A stretch of DNA of 64,000 nucleotides. Source: Caldimonas sp. (GTDB lineage Bacteria > Pseudomonadota > Gammaproteobacteria > Burkholderiales > Burkholderiaceae_C). The stretch lies in NCBI GenBank assembly GCA_036272325.1, contig DATAYY010000022.1, positions 14,739 to 78,738 on the forward strand, read 5' to 3'. The notes below the pieces were generated by a model that was not told where the DNA came from, made no database searches, and saw nothing but the letters and a program-made list of their open reading frames with translations. This document shows, in pieces, positions 53,732 to 63,206 of this stretch. A program made the position numbers and the translations under genes. Positions within the stretch are counted from its first letter, which is position 1, and every line of letters begins with the position of its first letter.

Positions 53732-54826
53732 ATGGCTTCCCCGCTCGCCCCGCCGCTCGCCGTGACGATGGGCGACGCCTGCGGCGTCGGCCCGGAAATT
53801 ATCGCCGCCTGGTTCGCCGCCGACGAGGCCGCGGACGCGTTCGTCGTCGGCGACGTCGGTGTGCTGCGGCGCGCCGCCGCGGCGATCGGCGCGATGTTGC
53901 CGGTGGCGCGGATCGAAGCTCCGCAAGACGTCGGGACGCTGCCGCGGCGCTGCATCCCGGTCCTCCAGGCCGAGGGCATCGCGAGCGACCTTCTCGCCGC
54001 GCCGCTCGGCGCCGTCGACGCGCGCGCCGGCGCGGCCGCGGCGCGCTCGATCGAGCGCGCGGTCGCGCTCGTGCGCGCCGGCGAAGCGGCGGCGCTCGTC
54101 ACCGCGCCGATCCACAAGGAAGCGTTCGCGGCTGCCGGAATTCCGTGGCCGGGCCACACCGAGATGCTGCAGGCGCTCGCCGCCGGCCCGGACGGCGTGC
54201 TGCCGCCGGTCCGCATGATGCTCGCCAACGACGAGTTGAAGACGGTTCTCGTCACCATCCACATGGCGCTCCGGCGGGCGATCGACGCGGTCACGTTCGA
54301 CGCCGTCGTCGAGACGATCCGGATGGCCGACGGCGCGGCGCGCCGGCTCGGCGCCGCACGGCCCCGGGTCGCGGTCGCCGGGCTCAATCCGCACGCCGGC
54401 GAAGGGGGCCTCTTCGGCGACGAGGAGTTGCGCATCATCGCCCCGGCGGTGCAGGCGGCGCGCGGCGAAGGAATCGATGCCAGCGGACCATACGCGCCCG
54501 ACACGGTCTTCATGCGCGCGCGCAATACGGCCGAGCATCCCGGCGAGTTCGACGTCGTCGTCGCGATGACGCATGACCATGGACTGATCCCGGTCAAGTA
54601 TCTCGGCGTCGAGCGCGGCGTCAACGTCACGCTCGGGCTGCCGTTCGTGCGCACGAGTCCCGACCACGGCACCGCATTCGACATCGCCGGCACGGGGACC
54701 GCGGACCCGGCGAGCTTCGCTGCCGCGGCACGCCTGGCGCGCCGGCTCGCCGGCGATCTCAGTGCTTGGTCGGCGCCCCGAGCGCGGCCAGCTGCTTCCT
54801 CGCCCGCAGCGTCGCGCGCTCCATGA
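53732..54826 (+). CDS. pdxA: PdxA-family dehydrogenase
   Basis: TMGDACGVGPE, TAPIHKE, GHTE, GLNPHAGE, HDHG, RTSPDHGTAFDIAG. Confidence 0.88.
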   Translation: MASPLAPPLAVTMGDACGVGPEIIAAWFAADEAADAFVVGDVGVLRRAAAAIGAMLPVARIEAPQDVGTLPRRCIPVLQAEGIASDLLAAPLGAVDARAGAAAARSIERAVALVRAGEAAALVTAPIHKEAFAAAGIPWPGHTEMLQALAAGPDGVLPPVRMMLANDELKTVLVTIHMALRRAIDAVTFDAVVETIRMADGAARRLGAARPRVAVAGLNPHAGEGGLFGDEELRIIAPAVQAARGEGIDASGPYAPDTVFMRARNTAEHPGEFDVVVAMTHDHGLIPVKYLGVERGVNVTLGLPFVRTSPDHGTAFDIAGTGTADPASFAAAARLARRLAGDLSAWSAPRARPAASSPAASRAP

Positions 54827-57386
54827 GGTAGGCACTCTCGACGGCGCGGAAGCGCCCGGTCTCGCACATGCGCGAAAGCATGCGCGCCGTCATCGAGATC
54901 GTTTCCTGGTGCTTGCCGCCGCGCGTGAAGACGAAGAAGCTTCGCCCCGCGCTGACGTGCGCGAGCTGCACCTTCTGCCACTCGTTCTTCAGGTGCATCT
55001 GATAGGCGAAGCCGAGCTTGATGTGATCCATCAGCTGCGCCCCGCGGTCGGGCTCGGGCGCTTCGCCGAGCTCGGTCGTGGTCGGCCCGAGCTGCTCGAC
55101 CGCCGCCGAGTCGAGCTTGCCGACGAGCGACGGCGACGCCGGCGCAGGCGGCTGCAGCTCGCCGAGATCGACGTCGACTCCCGCGGTGGCGACGGCGGCC
55201 GACCAGTCAACGGCGGCTTCGTTGATGAGGCCGACCTGCTTGGCCTCTTCCGGGGTGAAGCGGCGCTCGATGGCTTCAGGCGCCACCTCGGCGATCGGCT
55301 CGGCGCGCGCGAAACCATCGACCGTGACCGGCACCGGCATCGCGAAGACCGCCTCGAGCTGCTTGACGAGCAGGTTGTGGTCGAGCTCGCTCAGTGGCTG
55401 GCCCTTCAGCGATTCGGCGTGGGCGGGCAGCAGCTTGCTGAAGAACTCGCGCTGCGCCGACTCCGGCCAGCCGATCAGCTTCATGCCCTCGTTGAGGTCC
55501 TTCATCAGCGGCGGCAGCTGGATCAGGAACTTCTTGCGGAACATCGGCGAGCCCTTCGGCTGGATGCTCATCACGAGGTCGACACCGACGCGGCGGTAGC
55601 GCCGGGCGCGGTCGGAGTCGGCGCCGTCGCGCACCGCGAGCACCAACGCCTGGCTCCAGACCTGGGCCAGGAATTCCAGCATGTACGACGGCAGCTGCAT
55701 CGGCACCAGCGCCGCCTGCAGCTGCTGCATGTAGCGCTGCTGGATCCGCAGCTCCGACTCCTTCTGGTCGAGGACGACGGTGGCGCCCGACTTCTCGACC
55801 GCGCCCTCGCTCTGCTCGGCAATGAACTGCTCGAGCTCGGCGACCTTGGCGGCGTAGAGCTCGATCTGGTCGAAGTCGCCCTCGACGATCTCGTCGACGA
55901 GCTTCCTGACGCGGGTCAGGAATTTGGCGCCCGGCCCGATGTCGAAGTCGTCGAAGGCGTTGGCGAGCGAGGCGATCCGGTTGATGAAGCGACGCACCGG
56001 ATGGCGCCGGGTCGAAAAGAACGTCTGGTCGCTGAGCGCGACGCGCAGCACCGGCAGCTGCAGGCGGGCGATCTCGCGCGCCATCTGCGGCGGCACCCGC
56101 GAGTCCGACAGGATCTGGTCGAACAGGCTGCCGACGACGTCGATCACCATGTGATCGAGCTTGCCGGTCGAGGCCTGGATCAATTCCTCGCGGTGGGCGC
56201 GGATCAGATTGACTGCCATCAGGCCGGTCAGGCCTTCTCCGTAGGCGGGGTCGGCGCCGGGAGCGGCGCGCATCGAGTCGCCGAGGCCGCTGCGCGATGA
56301 GATGACGCCCTTGTCGGAACCGCTGGTCGGGCCGGCGTGGCGCGAGCTCGCGTAGCCGCTCGGTCGCGCGGCCGACGGTTGGCTGCGGGACAGCGCTCCG
56401 CCGGGGCCGCCGAGCAGGCTCGCCGGGCCGAGCTCGCCCGGCTGGCTCGAGATCGCGGTCAGCCTGCGCAAGAGGGTCATCAGCTGCTGGTCGGCAGCCT
56501 CCCTCGCGCGCGGACGCGAGTAGCCACCGCTGCTGTGCAGCGGATCGCGAATGCTCTCGACCGGCTCCGAGCGGCCGGGGAAGGCGGTCGCCAGCGCCCG
56601 CCGGTGCGCGGCGAGCAGGTCCATGTCGCTGCCCGGCCCGGACTCGATCTCGCCATAGCCGCCGCCGCGCGACGAGTGAGCGCCGTCGCGCGGCAGGCTG
56701 GCGTAGCCCGAGTTGGCGGCGCCGAGCTGGTTGCCCGGCCCTTCGACGGTGCGCACCGTGAGGTTCACCGGGCGCACGCCGCGTTCCTGGAACAGGCGCA
56801 GGACGTCGTCGTAGCACGCCGGCATCGCGTGAGCGACCGCCTGGCCGAGCTCACGCGCCAGGATTCGGCGGCTCTCGCGCTCGCCCGAGATCGCCTCGAT
56901 GCCGCGGTGCAGCGCGGCGCCGACGATCTCGGCGCGCAGCGGATTGCGCTCGTCGTCGGCGCGGCCGACGTTGAGGAGCGCTCCCATGTAGGCGGCGAGC
57001 TCGCGCAGCTGCCATTCGCACTCGTGCGAGATCATCTGGCCGAGGCGGACGAAGTTCATCTGCTCCTCGACCTCCTTCTCGTCGACGAGGCTGAGCGTCT
57101 GCCAGTCGGCCGACTCGAGCTTGCGCTTGGCGTCGGTGCGCGGCGCGAGCTCCTTGGCGACTTTCTCGCGCAGCGCCTCGAGGAAGGCGTTCTGGTACGA
57201 GCCGAGGTTCCTGCGCAACTCCTGCAGGGTGACGATCAGCTGGTCGCGCTCGGCAATCTTGATCGCGGTCTGCGCCTGCGCGTTCAGGCTCTCGGCCACG
57301 CGCATTGCCGCCGATGCGACGGCGTCGCGGATCAGCTGGATCGCTGCGTCGAGCGTGGCCTGGGCGCGCGGTTCGATCAGATTCAT
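54759..57386 (-). CDS. DUF1631-like large helical protein
   Basis: RLQLPVLRVAL...FF..RRHPVRRFIN core; ATG at 57386 (track start 57482 probably too long). Confidence 0.8.
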   Translation of the reverse strand: MNLIEPRAQATLDAAIQLIRDAVASAAMRVAESLNAQAQTAIKIAERDQLIVTLQELRRNLGSYQNAFLEALREKVAKELAPRTDAKRKLESADWQTLSLVDEKEVEEQMNFVRLGQMISHECEWQLRELAAYMGALLNVGRADDERNPLRAEIVGAALHRGIEAISGERESRRILARELGQAVAHAMPACYDDVLRLFQERGVRPVNLTVRTVEGPGNQLGAANSGYASLPRDGAHSSRGGGYGEIESGPGSDMDLLAAHRRALATAFPGRSEPVESIRDPLHSSGGYSRPRAREAADQQLMTLLRRLTAISSQPGELGPASLLGGPGGALSRSQPSAARPSGYASSRHAGPTSGSDKGVISSRSGLGDSMRAAPGADPAYGEGLTGLMAVNLIRAHREELIQASTGKLDHMVIDVVGSLFDQILSDSRVPPQMAREIARLQLPVLRVALSDQTFFSTRRHPVRRFINRIASLANAFDDFDIGPGAKFLTRVRKLVDEIVEGDFDQIELYAAKVAELEQFIAEQSEGAVEKSGATVVLDQKESELRIQQRYMQQLQAALVPMQLPSYMLEFLAQVWSQALVLAVRDGADSDRARRYRRVGVDLVMSIQPKGSPMFRKKFLIQLPPLMKDLNEGMKLIGWPESAQREFFSKLLPAHAESLKGQPLSELDHNLLVKQLEAVFAMPVPVTVDGFARAEPIAEVAPEAIERRFTPEEAKQVGLINEAAVDWSAAVATAGVDVDLGELQPPAPASPSLVGKLDSAAVEQLGPTTTELGEAPEPDRGAQLMDHIKLGFAYQMHLKNEWQKVQLAHVSAGRSFFVFTRGGKHQETISMTARMLSRMCETGRFRAVESAYLMERATLRARKQLAALGAPTKH

Positions 57387-57518
57387 CTCTGCGTCGGGCC
57401 GGTGGGAGGCAGATTTCCTCGAGCGGGCGAAGATTTTCCTAGTATGGGGCCAAAGATCGCAGCGATTGCGGCACTGCGTCACGCTCCGCCGCGGTGCGGC
57501 GGCGGCGCTTCGGGAGCC

Positions 57519-57941
57519 TCAGCGACGCAGGGAGTCGCGGATCTCGCGCAGCAGCAGGACGTCCTCGGCCGGCGCGGCGGGCGGCGGCGTCGCCTGGCGC
57601 AGCCGATTGATCTGCTTGACCATCACGAAGATGATGAAGGCGAGGATCAGGAAGTTGAGCAGCACGGTGAGGAAGTTGCCGTACGCGAACAGCGGCACCC
57701 CGGCCTTGGTCAGCGCTTCGTAGGTCATCGGCCCGGAGTAGTTCGGTGGCGGCGGCGCCAGCGCGATGAAGTAATTCGAGAAATCGAGGCCGCCGAAGAT
57801 GCGGCCGAGGATCGGCATGATCAGGTCCTTGACCAGCGAGTCGACGATCTTGGCGAACGCTGCGCCGATGATGACGCCGACCGCCAGGTCGACGACGTTG
57901 CCTTTGGAGGCGAACTCCTTGAACTCGGTCATGAAACTCAT
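57519..57941 (-). CDS. mscL: Large-conductance mechanosensitive channel
   Basis: [27 protein letters not shown]; GGAGGAG RBS. Confidence 0.97.
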   Translation of the reverse strand: MSFMTEFKEFASKGNVVDLAVGVIIGAAFAKIVDSLVKDLIMPILGRIFGGLDFSNYFIALAPPPPNYSGPMTYEALTKAGVPLFAYGNFLTVLLNFLILAFIIFVMVKQINRLRQATPPPAAPAEDVLLLREIRDSLRR

Positions 57942-58105
57942 GCTGCGTCTCCTCCATTCGATGGCGGCCTGAGGGCGGCGGCGCGAGTATCGCCTGCCGT
58001 CGCCAAGGCGGCGCTGCCGGGCTGCGTCGCGGCTCGCGCTTGACGCGTCCGCTAGAATTGCGGGTTGACTTCTCGGGTCTCGTCGAGACTCTTGCCAGGA
58101 CAAAC

Positions 58106-58705
58106 ATGACTGACCAGAAGATCGACGGCGGCAAGCGCACCTGGATCATCGCATCGGGTTGCGCTGGCGCCGTCGGCGCAGGCTTTCTCGCCGTTCCCTT
58201 CGTCAGCAGCTTCGAGCCTTCCGAACGTGCCCGCGCCGCCGGCGCCCCCGTCGAGGCCGACATCAGCGCCCTCAAACCGGGCGAGAAGATGACGGTCGAG
58301 TGGCGCGGCAAGCCGGTCTGGATCGTGCGTCGCACGCCCGAGCAGCTCGCCGAGTTGCCCAAGCTCGACAAGGAACTCGCCGACCCCGAATCGCAGCGCA
58401 CGACGTTCGCGTCGACGCCCGAGTTCGCGCGCAACGACTGGCGCTCGCTCAAGCCCGAGTACCTCGTCGTCGTCGGCATCTGCAGCCACCTCGGCTGCTC
58501 GCCGAGCGACAAGTTCACGCCCGGCGCGCAGCCCTCGCTGCCGGACGACTGGGCGGGTGGTTTCCTATGCCCATGCCACGGCTCGACCTTCGACATGGCC
58601 GGCCGCGTCTTCAAGGACAAGCCGGCGCCGGACAATCTCGAGGTCCCGCCCTACATGTACCTCAGTGACAGCAGGGTCCTGATCGGCGAAGAGAAGAAGG
58701 CCTGA
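58106..58705 (+). CDS. petA: Ubiquinol-cytochrome c reductase Rieske subunit
   Basis: CSHLGC and CPCHGS; KR Tat-like anchor. Confidence 0.97.
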   Translation: MTDQKIDGGKRTWIIASGCAGAVGAGFLAVPFVSSFEPSERARAAGAPVEADISALKPGEKMTVEWRGKPVWIVRRTPEQLAELPKLDKELADPESQRTTFASTPEFARNDWRSLKPEYLVVVGICSHLGCSPSDKFTPGAQPSLPDDWAGGFLCPCHGSTFDMAGRVFKDKPAPDNLEVPPYMYLSDSRVLIGEEKKA

Positions 58706-58743
58706 GCGCCGCGCCCAACAACGCATTCGCAGGAACACGATCG

Positions 58744-60144
58744 ATGGCTGAAATGCAGACCGCGCCAGCAGGCGCCGGCGCCGGGCGGCGCCTGTTGACC
58801 TGGGTCGACAACCGGTTCCCGCTCTCGAAGCTCTACAACGAGCACATGGGGCAGTACTACGCGCCGAAGAACTTCAACATCTGGTACGTCTTCGGCTCGC
58901 TCGCGCTGCTCGTCCTGGTCAACCAGATCCTGACCGGCATCTTCCTGACGATGCACTACAAGCCCGACGCCGCCAAGGCGTTCGAGTCGGTCGAGTACAT
59001 CATGCGCGACGTGCCTTGGGGCTGGCTCGTCCGCTACATGCATTCGACGGGCGCGTCGGCGTTCTTCATCGTCGTCTACCTGCACATGTGGCGGGGCCTG
59101 ATCTACGGCAGCTACAGAAAGCCCCGCGAGCTGGTCTGGCTGTTCGGCTGCGCGATCTTCCTCTGCCTGATGGCCGAGGCGTTCATGGGCTACCTGCTGC
59201 CGTGGGGCCAGATGAGCTACTGGGGCGCGCAGGTGATCGTCAATCTGTTCTCCGCGATTCCCTTCGTCGGCCCCGACCTGTCGCTCCTCATCCGGGGCGA
59301 CTACGTCGTCGGCGACGCGACGCTGAACCGCTTCTTCAGCTTCCACGTCATCGCCGTTCCGCTCGTCCTGCTCGGCCTCGTCGCCGCCCACGTCATCGCG
59401 CTGCACGAGGTCGGTTCCAACAATCCCGACGGCGTCGAGATCAAGGAGAAGAAGGACGCCAGCGGCAACCCGCTCGACGGCATCCCGTTCCATCCGTACT
59501 ACACGGTGCACGACATCTATGCCGTGAGCGTGTTCCTGTTCATCTTCAGCGCGGTGCTGTTCTTTGCTCCCGAGGGCGGCGGCTACTTCCTCGAGTTCAA
59601 CAACTTCATCGAGGCCAACCCGCTGAAGACGCCGGCGCACATCGCCCCGGTCTGGTACTTCACGCCGTACTACTCGATGCTGCGCGCGACGACCGAGATC
59701 ATGGTCAATGCCGTTTCCGTCATCCTCGGCGTCGCCGCAGTGATGGCGATCCTGCGCGGCGGCTTCCGCTCGGGCGGCAAGGTCGCGGTCGCGCTCGCGG
59801 CGGTCGTCGCGGTCTACCTGCTCAAGACTTTCGACGCCAAGTTCTGGGGCGTCGTCATCATGGGCGGCGCGGTGATGATCCTGTTCTTCCTGCCCTGGCT
59901 CGACCGCTCGCCGGTGAAGTCGATCCGCTATCGCCCGGGCTGGCACCGGGGCGTCTACGGTGTCTTCCTCGTCTTCTTCCTCGCCCTCGGCTACCTCGGC
60001 TCGCAGCCGCCGTCGCCGAGCGGCAACTACATTTCGCAGCTCGGCACGCTGGTCTACTTCGGCTTCTTCCTGCTGATGCCCTGGTGGAGCCGCATGGGCA
60101 CCTTCACGCCGGTGCCGGACCGCGTCACCTTCGCAGCCCACTGA
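58744..60144 (+). CDS. petB: Cytochrome b
   Basis: RYMHSTGAS, GYLLPWGQMSYWG, FSFH, PVWY Qo motif. Confidence 0.97.
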   Translation: MAEMQTAPAGAGAGRRLLTWVDNRFPLSKLYNEHMGQYYAPKNFNIWYVFGSLALLVLVNQILTGIFLTMHYKPDAAKAFESVEYIMRDVPWGWLVRYMHSTGASAFFIVVYLHMWRGLIYGSYRKPRELVWLFGCAIFLCLMAEAFMGYLLPWGQMSYWGAQVIVNLFSAIPFVGPDLSLLIRGDYVVGDATLNRFFSFHVIAVPLVLLGLVAAHVIALHEVGSNNPDGVEIKEKKDASGNPLDGIPFHPYYTVHDIYAVSVFLFIFSAVLFFAPEGGGYFLEFNNFIEANPLKTPAHIAPVWYFTPYYSMLRATTEIMVNAVSVILGVAAVMAILRGGFRSGGKVAVALAAVVAVYLLKTFDAKFWGVVIMGGAVMILFFLPWLDRSPVKSIRYRPGWHRGVYGVFLVFFLALGYLGSQPPSPSGNYISQLGTLVYFGFFLLMPWWSRMGTFTPVPDRVTFAAH

Positions 60145-60164
60145 TCGCAGCCGAGCCTTCGACG

Positions 60165-60944
60165 ATGAACACACTCCTGCTCAGACTGCTGGTCGTCCTC
60201 GGCCTCGCACTGCCGCTCGCTCCTGCCGCGGCGAACGAGGGTGGCTATCCCTGGGATCAGTTCCCGGTCACCAAGATGACCGATATCGCGGCGCTGCAGA
60301 ACGGCGCCCGCATCTTCACCAACTACTGCCTCGGCTGCCACTCGGCCTCGTACATGCGCTACAACCGCATGCACGACATCGGCCTGACCGACGACGAGAT
60401 CAAGAAGAACCTCCTGTTCGCGACCGACAAGGTCGGCGACACGATGAAGTCGACGATCGACCCGCGCCAGGCCAAGGACTGGTTCGGAACCGCGCCACCG
60501 GATCTCTCGGTCATCGCGCGCTCGCGCGCCGAGGTCGGCAAGGGCAGCGGCGCCGACTACCTCTACACCCTCTGGCGTACGTTCTACCGCGACGACTCGC
60601 GGCCGACCGGCTGGAACAACCTCGCGTTCCCCGACATCGCGATGCCGCACGCGCTCTGGCAGTTGCAGGGCGAGCGGCGCGCGAAGTTCGTCGACGTCAA
60701 GGATCCGCACGAAGAGGGCAAGATGGTGCACCGTTTCGCCGGCTTCGAGCAGATCACGCCCGGGACGCTCGACGACCTGCACTACGACGAAACGGTCGGC
60801 GATCTGGTCGCCTACCTGCAATGGATCGGCGAGCCGGCGCAGGGGAGCCGCGTCCGCGTCGGCGTCGCCGTGCTCGTCTTTCTCGGCTTGCTCATCGTGA
60901 TCACCTGGCGGCTGAGCTCGGCGTACTGGAGAACCGTCCGCTAG
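60165..60944 (+). CDS. petC: Cytochrome c1
   Basis: Signal peptide, CLGCH, PPDLS, AMPH, C-terminal TM. Confidence 0.96.
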   Translation: MNTLLLRLLVVLGLALPLAPAAANEGGYPWDQFPVTKMTDIAALQNGARIFTNYCLGCHSASYMRYNRMHDIGLTDDEIKKNLLFATDKVGDTMKSTIDPRQAKDWFGTAPPDLSVIARSRAEVGKGSGADYLYTLWRTFYRDDSRPTGWNNLAFPDIAMPHALWQLQGERRAKFVDVKDPHEEGKMVHRFAGFEQITPGTLDDLHYDETVGDLVAYLQWIGEPAQGSRVRVGVAVLVFLGLLIVITWRLSSAYWRTVR

Positions 60945-60973
60945 TGCCGCCGCCGCCGCGGCGGCACGCTCGT

Positions 60974-61018
60974 AAGGCGAAGCCGGCGATGGCGCCCGCT
61001 TCGCCTTCCGCTCTTTTC
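60974..61018 (+). terminator. Probable terminator hairpin after petC
   Basis: AAGGCGAAGC...GCTTCGCCTT 10-bp stem with inner GGCG/CGCC; T-rich run follows after 6 nt. Confidence 0.55.
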
Positions 61019-61046
61019 TGACAAGTCTCCTGGGAGTTTTTCGACC

Positions 61047-61658
61047 ATGATGGTGCTCTATTCCGGAACCACCGACCCGTACTCGCACCGCTGCCGCTTC
61101 GTCCTCTTCGAGAAGGGGATGGACTTCGAGATCCGCGACGTCGACCTGTTCGCGAAGCCCGAAGACATCGCGCTGATGAATCCGTACAACGAGGTGCCGA
61201 TCCTCGTCGAGCGCGACCTCATCCTGTACGAGTCGCACATCATCAACGAGTACATCGACGAGCGCTTCCCGCACCCGCAGCTGATGCCGGGCGATCCGGT
61301 GGCGCGGGCGCGGGTGCGGCTGTTCCTGTTCAACTTCGAGAAGGAGCTGTTCGCCCACGTCAACGTCCTCGAGGGCCGCGGCGTCAAGGGGACCGACAAG
61401 CAGCTCGAGAAGGCGCGCTCGCAGATCCGCGACCGGCTGACCCAGCTCGCGCCGATCTTCCTGAAGAACAAGTACATGCTCGGCGACGATTTCTCGATGC
61501 TCGACGTCGCAATCGCGCCGCTGCTGTGGCGGCTCGACTACTACGGCATCGACATGTCGAAGAACGCCGTGCCGCTTCTGAAGTACGCCGAGCGCATCTT
61601 CTCGCGCCCGGCCTACATCGAGGCGCTGACGCCGTCCGAGAAGGTGATGCGAAAGTAG
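61047..61658 (+). CDS. sspA: Stringent starvation protein A (GST fold)
   Basis: MMVLYSG, MNPYNEVP, ERFPHPQLMP, APLLWRL. Confidence 0.96.
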   Translation: MMVLYSGTTDPYSHRCRFVLFEKGMDFEIRDVDLFAKPEDIALMNPYNEVPILVERDLILYESHIINEYIDERFPHPQLMPGDPVARARVRLFLFNFEKELFAHVNVLEGRGVKGTDKQLEKARSQIRDRLTQLAPIFLKNKYMLGDDFSMLDVAIAPLLWRLDYYGIDMSKNAVPLLKYAERIFSRPAYIEALTPSEKVMRK

Positions 61659-61741
61659 CAGGCGGCCCGTGGCACCACGCTCACTCCGCTCTGTCCCCCG
61701 AGGGGCTACGGCACGCTCGGGGCGGCCCGTCGCCTACTGAC

Positions 61742-62314
61742 ATGACGTCGCCGATCGCCCCCGCCTCCGCCGGCACGTCGACGCGGCCCTACCTGATCCG
61801 CGCCCTGCACGACTGGTGCACCGACAACGGCTTCACGCCGTACATCGCCGTCTTCGTCGACGAGCATGTCCAGGTGCCGAAGGAATACGTCAAGAACAAC
61901 GAGATCGTCCTCAACGTCGGCTTCGAGGCGACGAGCGCGCTCAAGCTCGGCAACGAGCTGATCGAGTTCAAGGCGCGCTTTGGCGGCACCTCGCGCGAGA
62001 TCGCAGTTCCGATCGATCACGTGATCGCGATCTACGCGCGCGAGAACGGCCAGGGAATGGCGTTTCCGATGCCGGCCGAGACGACCTCGAGCGATCCCGC
62101 CGAGGGCGCCAGGGACGATGCGCCGGCGCTGTCGCCGCGCGGGCCGCGGCTCGCAGGGAGCTCGAACGCGACGACACGCAGGGGTGCGAACGCGCTCACC
62201 TTGAGCCCCTCGCCGGCATTGCCGGCGGCGAAGCCATCGAGCGAGCCGCCTGCGGAGCCGCCGCCGAGTCCGCCACCAACGCCCAAGCGGCCATCGCTGA
62301 AGCGCGTGAAATAG
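61742..62314 (+). CDS. sspB: ClpXP specificity factor SspB
   Basis: TRPYLIRALHDW, IVLN, KARFGG, YARENGQGM, C-terminal LKRVK. Confidence 0.96.
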   Translation: MTSPIAPASAGTSTRPYLIRALHDWCTDNGFTPYIAVFVDEHVQVPKEYVKNNEIVLNVGFEATSALKLGNELIEFKARFGGTSREIAVPIDHVIAIYARENGQGMAFPMPAETTSSDPAEGARDDAPALSPRGPRLAGSSNATTRRGANALTLSPSPALPAAKPSSEPPAEPPPSPPPTPKRPSLKRVK

Positions 62315-62350
62315 CGCGGCTGCGCCGGCAATCGCGGCGGCACGCACACC

Positions 62351-62356
62351 TATACT
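62351..62356 (+). promoter_or_regulatory. Putative -10 (TATACT) of tRNA-Thr
   Basis: TATACT followed by GC-rich discriminator, 40 nt before tRNA. Confidence 0.45.
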
Positions 62357-62396
62357 GCCGCGGCCCCGGTCGCTCGCCCGAGCCGCGCGACCGATC

Positions 62397-62472
62397 GCCG
62401 GCTTAGCTCAGTTGGTAGAGCACCCGCCTTGTAAGCGGAAGGTCGTCCGTTCGATTCGGACAGCCGGCACCA
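62397..62472 (+). tRNA. tRNA-Thr (TGT)
   Basis: 76-nt cloverleaf GCCGGCT...AGCCGGC-ACCA; anticodon loop CT-TGT-AA. Confidence 0.96.
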
Positions 62473-62487
62473 CATCGATCGACGATG

Positions 62488-63183
62488 TCAATCGGCTGCG
62501 CGTTCAGGCGCGCCAGGATCGGGCGTTGTCCTTCGTGACGTCGCGACGACCAATGGCTGGCGCTCCGAAGGCAGGGTGATGACGGGCAGAACCCGGCTCG
62601 CCGTCAACCACGAGGTCCCGAACGAGATGAGACCGACGGTCTCGCCCCAGAAGGCGAGGGCCTCTTGCTTGGTGATCGCTCGGGCGATGAAGAGCGCTGC
62701 CGAGGCCACCATCCCCCAGCCGCAGATCATGTAGATCGCGGTCCGCCAGCGAGCTTGGCGATGCCCCTTTGCCTTGGCTCTGCGCATGAAGATCACGCAA
62801 AACCACGCCAGCACGATGAACAGCGCCGTGGCCGACGCAAGGTGCACCCCGCCGATGATCTCTCGCGCCGTGTCGTCGCAGGAGCATGGGAACAACGCGA
62901 CGCCCAGTGCTGACGCGCAGGCAACCTTCGCGAGCCACATCTCCGTTTCCGAAAGACCGTTGTAGGCGAGCAGGAATGCGGAGATGACGAACAGGAACCC
63001 CACGAAGATGATCCGCGGCCAGACGTCGGGATCCGCAATCCAGAACGAGGCGCTGATCGAGCTGATCGAGCCGCGGGTGAGCGCCAGCTCGATGAACGGC
63101 AGCGTGAGCGCGAACGCGCCGATCAGGAACTTGATCGTGTACTGATCGATCTCCGGCCGTCTCGGCGCTCCGATCAGCAGCAC
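62488..63183 (-). CDS. Hypothetical six-TM membrane protein (DUF998/Frag1-like by eye)
   Basis: GTG start after GGAGA; SISASFW, FVGFLF, GVALFPC, VHLASA, ETVGLISFGTSW. Confidence 0.75.
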   Translation of the reverse strand: MLLIGAPRRPEIDQYTIKFLIGAFALTLPFIELALTRGSISSISASFWIADPDVWPRIIFVGFLFVISAFLLAYNGLSETEMWLAKVACASALGVALFPCSCDDTAREIIGGVHLASATALFIVLAWFCVIFMRRAKAKGHRQARWRTAIYMICGWGMVASAALFIARAITKQEALAFWGETVGLISFGTSWLTASRVLPVITLPSERQPLVVATSRRTTPDPGAPERAAD

Positions 63184-63206
63184 GACTGCTTCTCCACGAC
63201 GCCGGC

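Noticed and set aside
58106-60144. Variant bc1 motifs (PVWY instead of PEWY; Rieske CSHLGC and GSTF)
   Set aside because: Known natural variants in beta/gammaproteobacterial complexes; not novel
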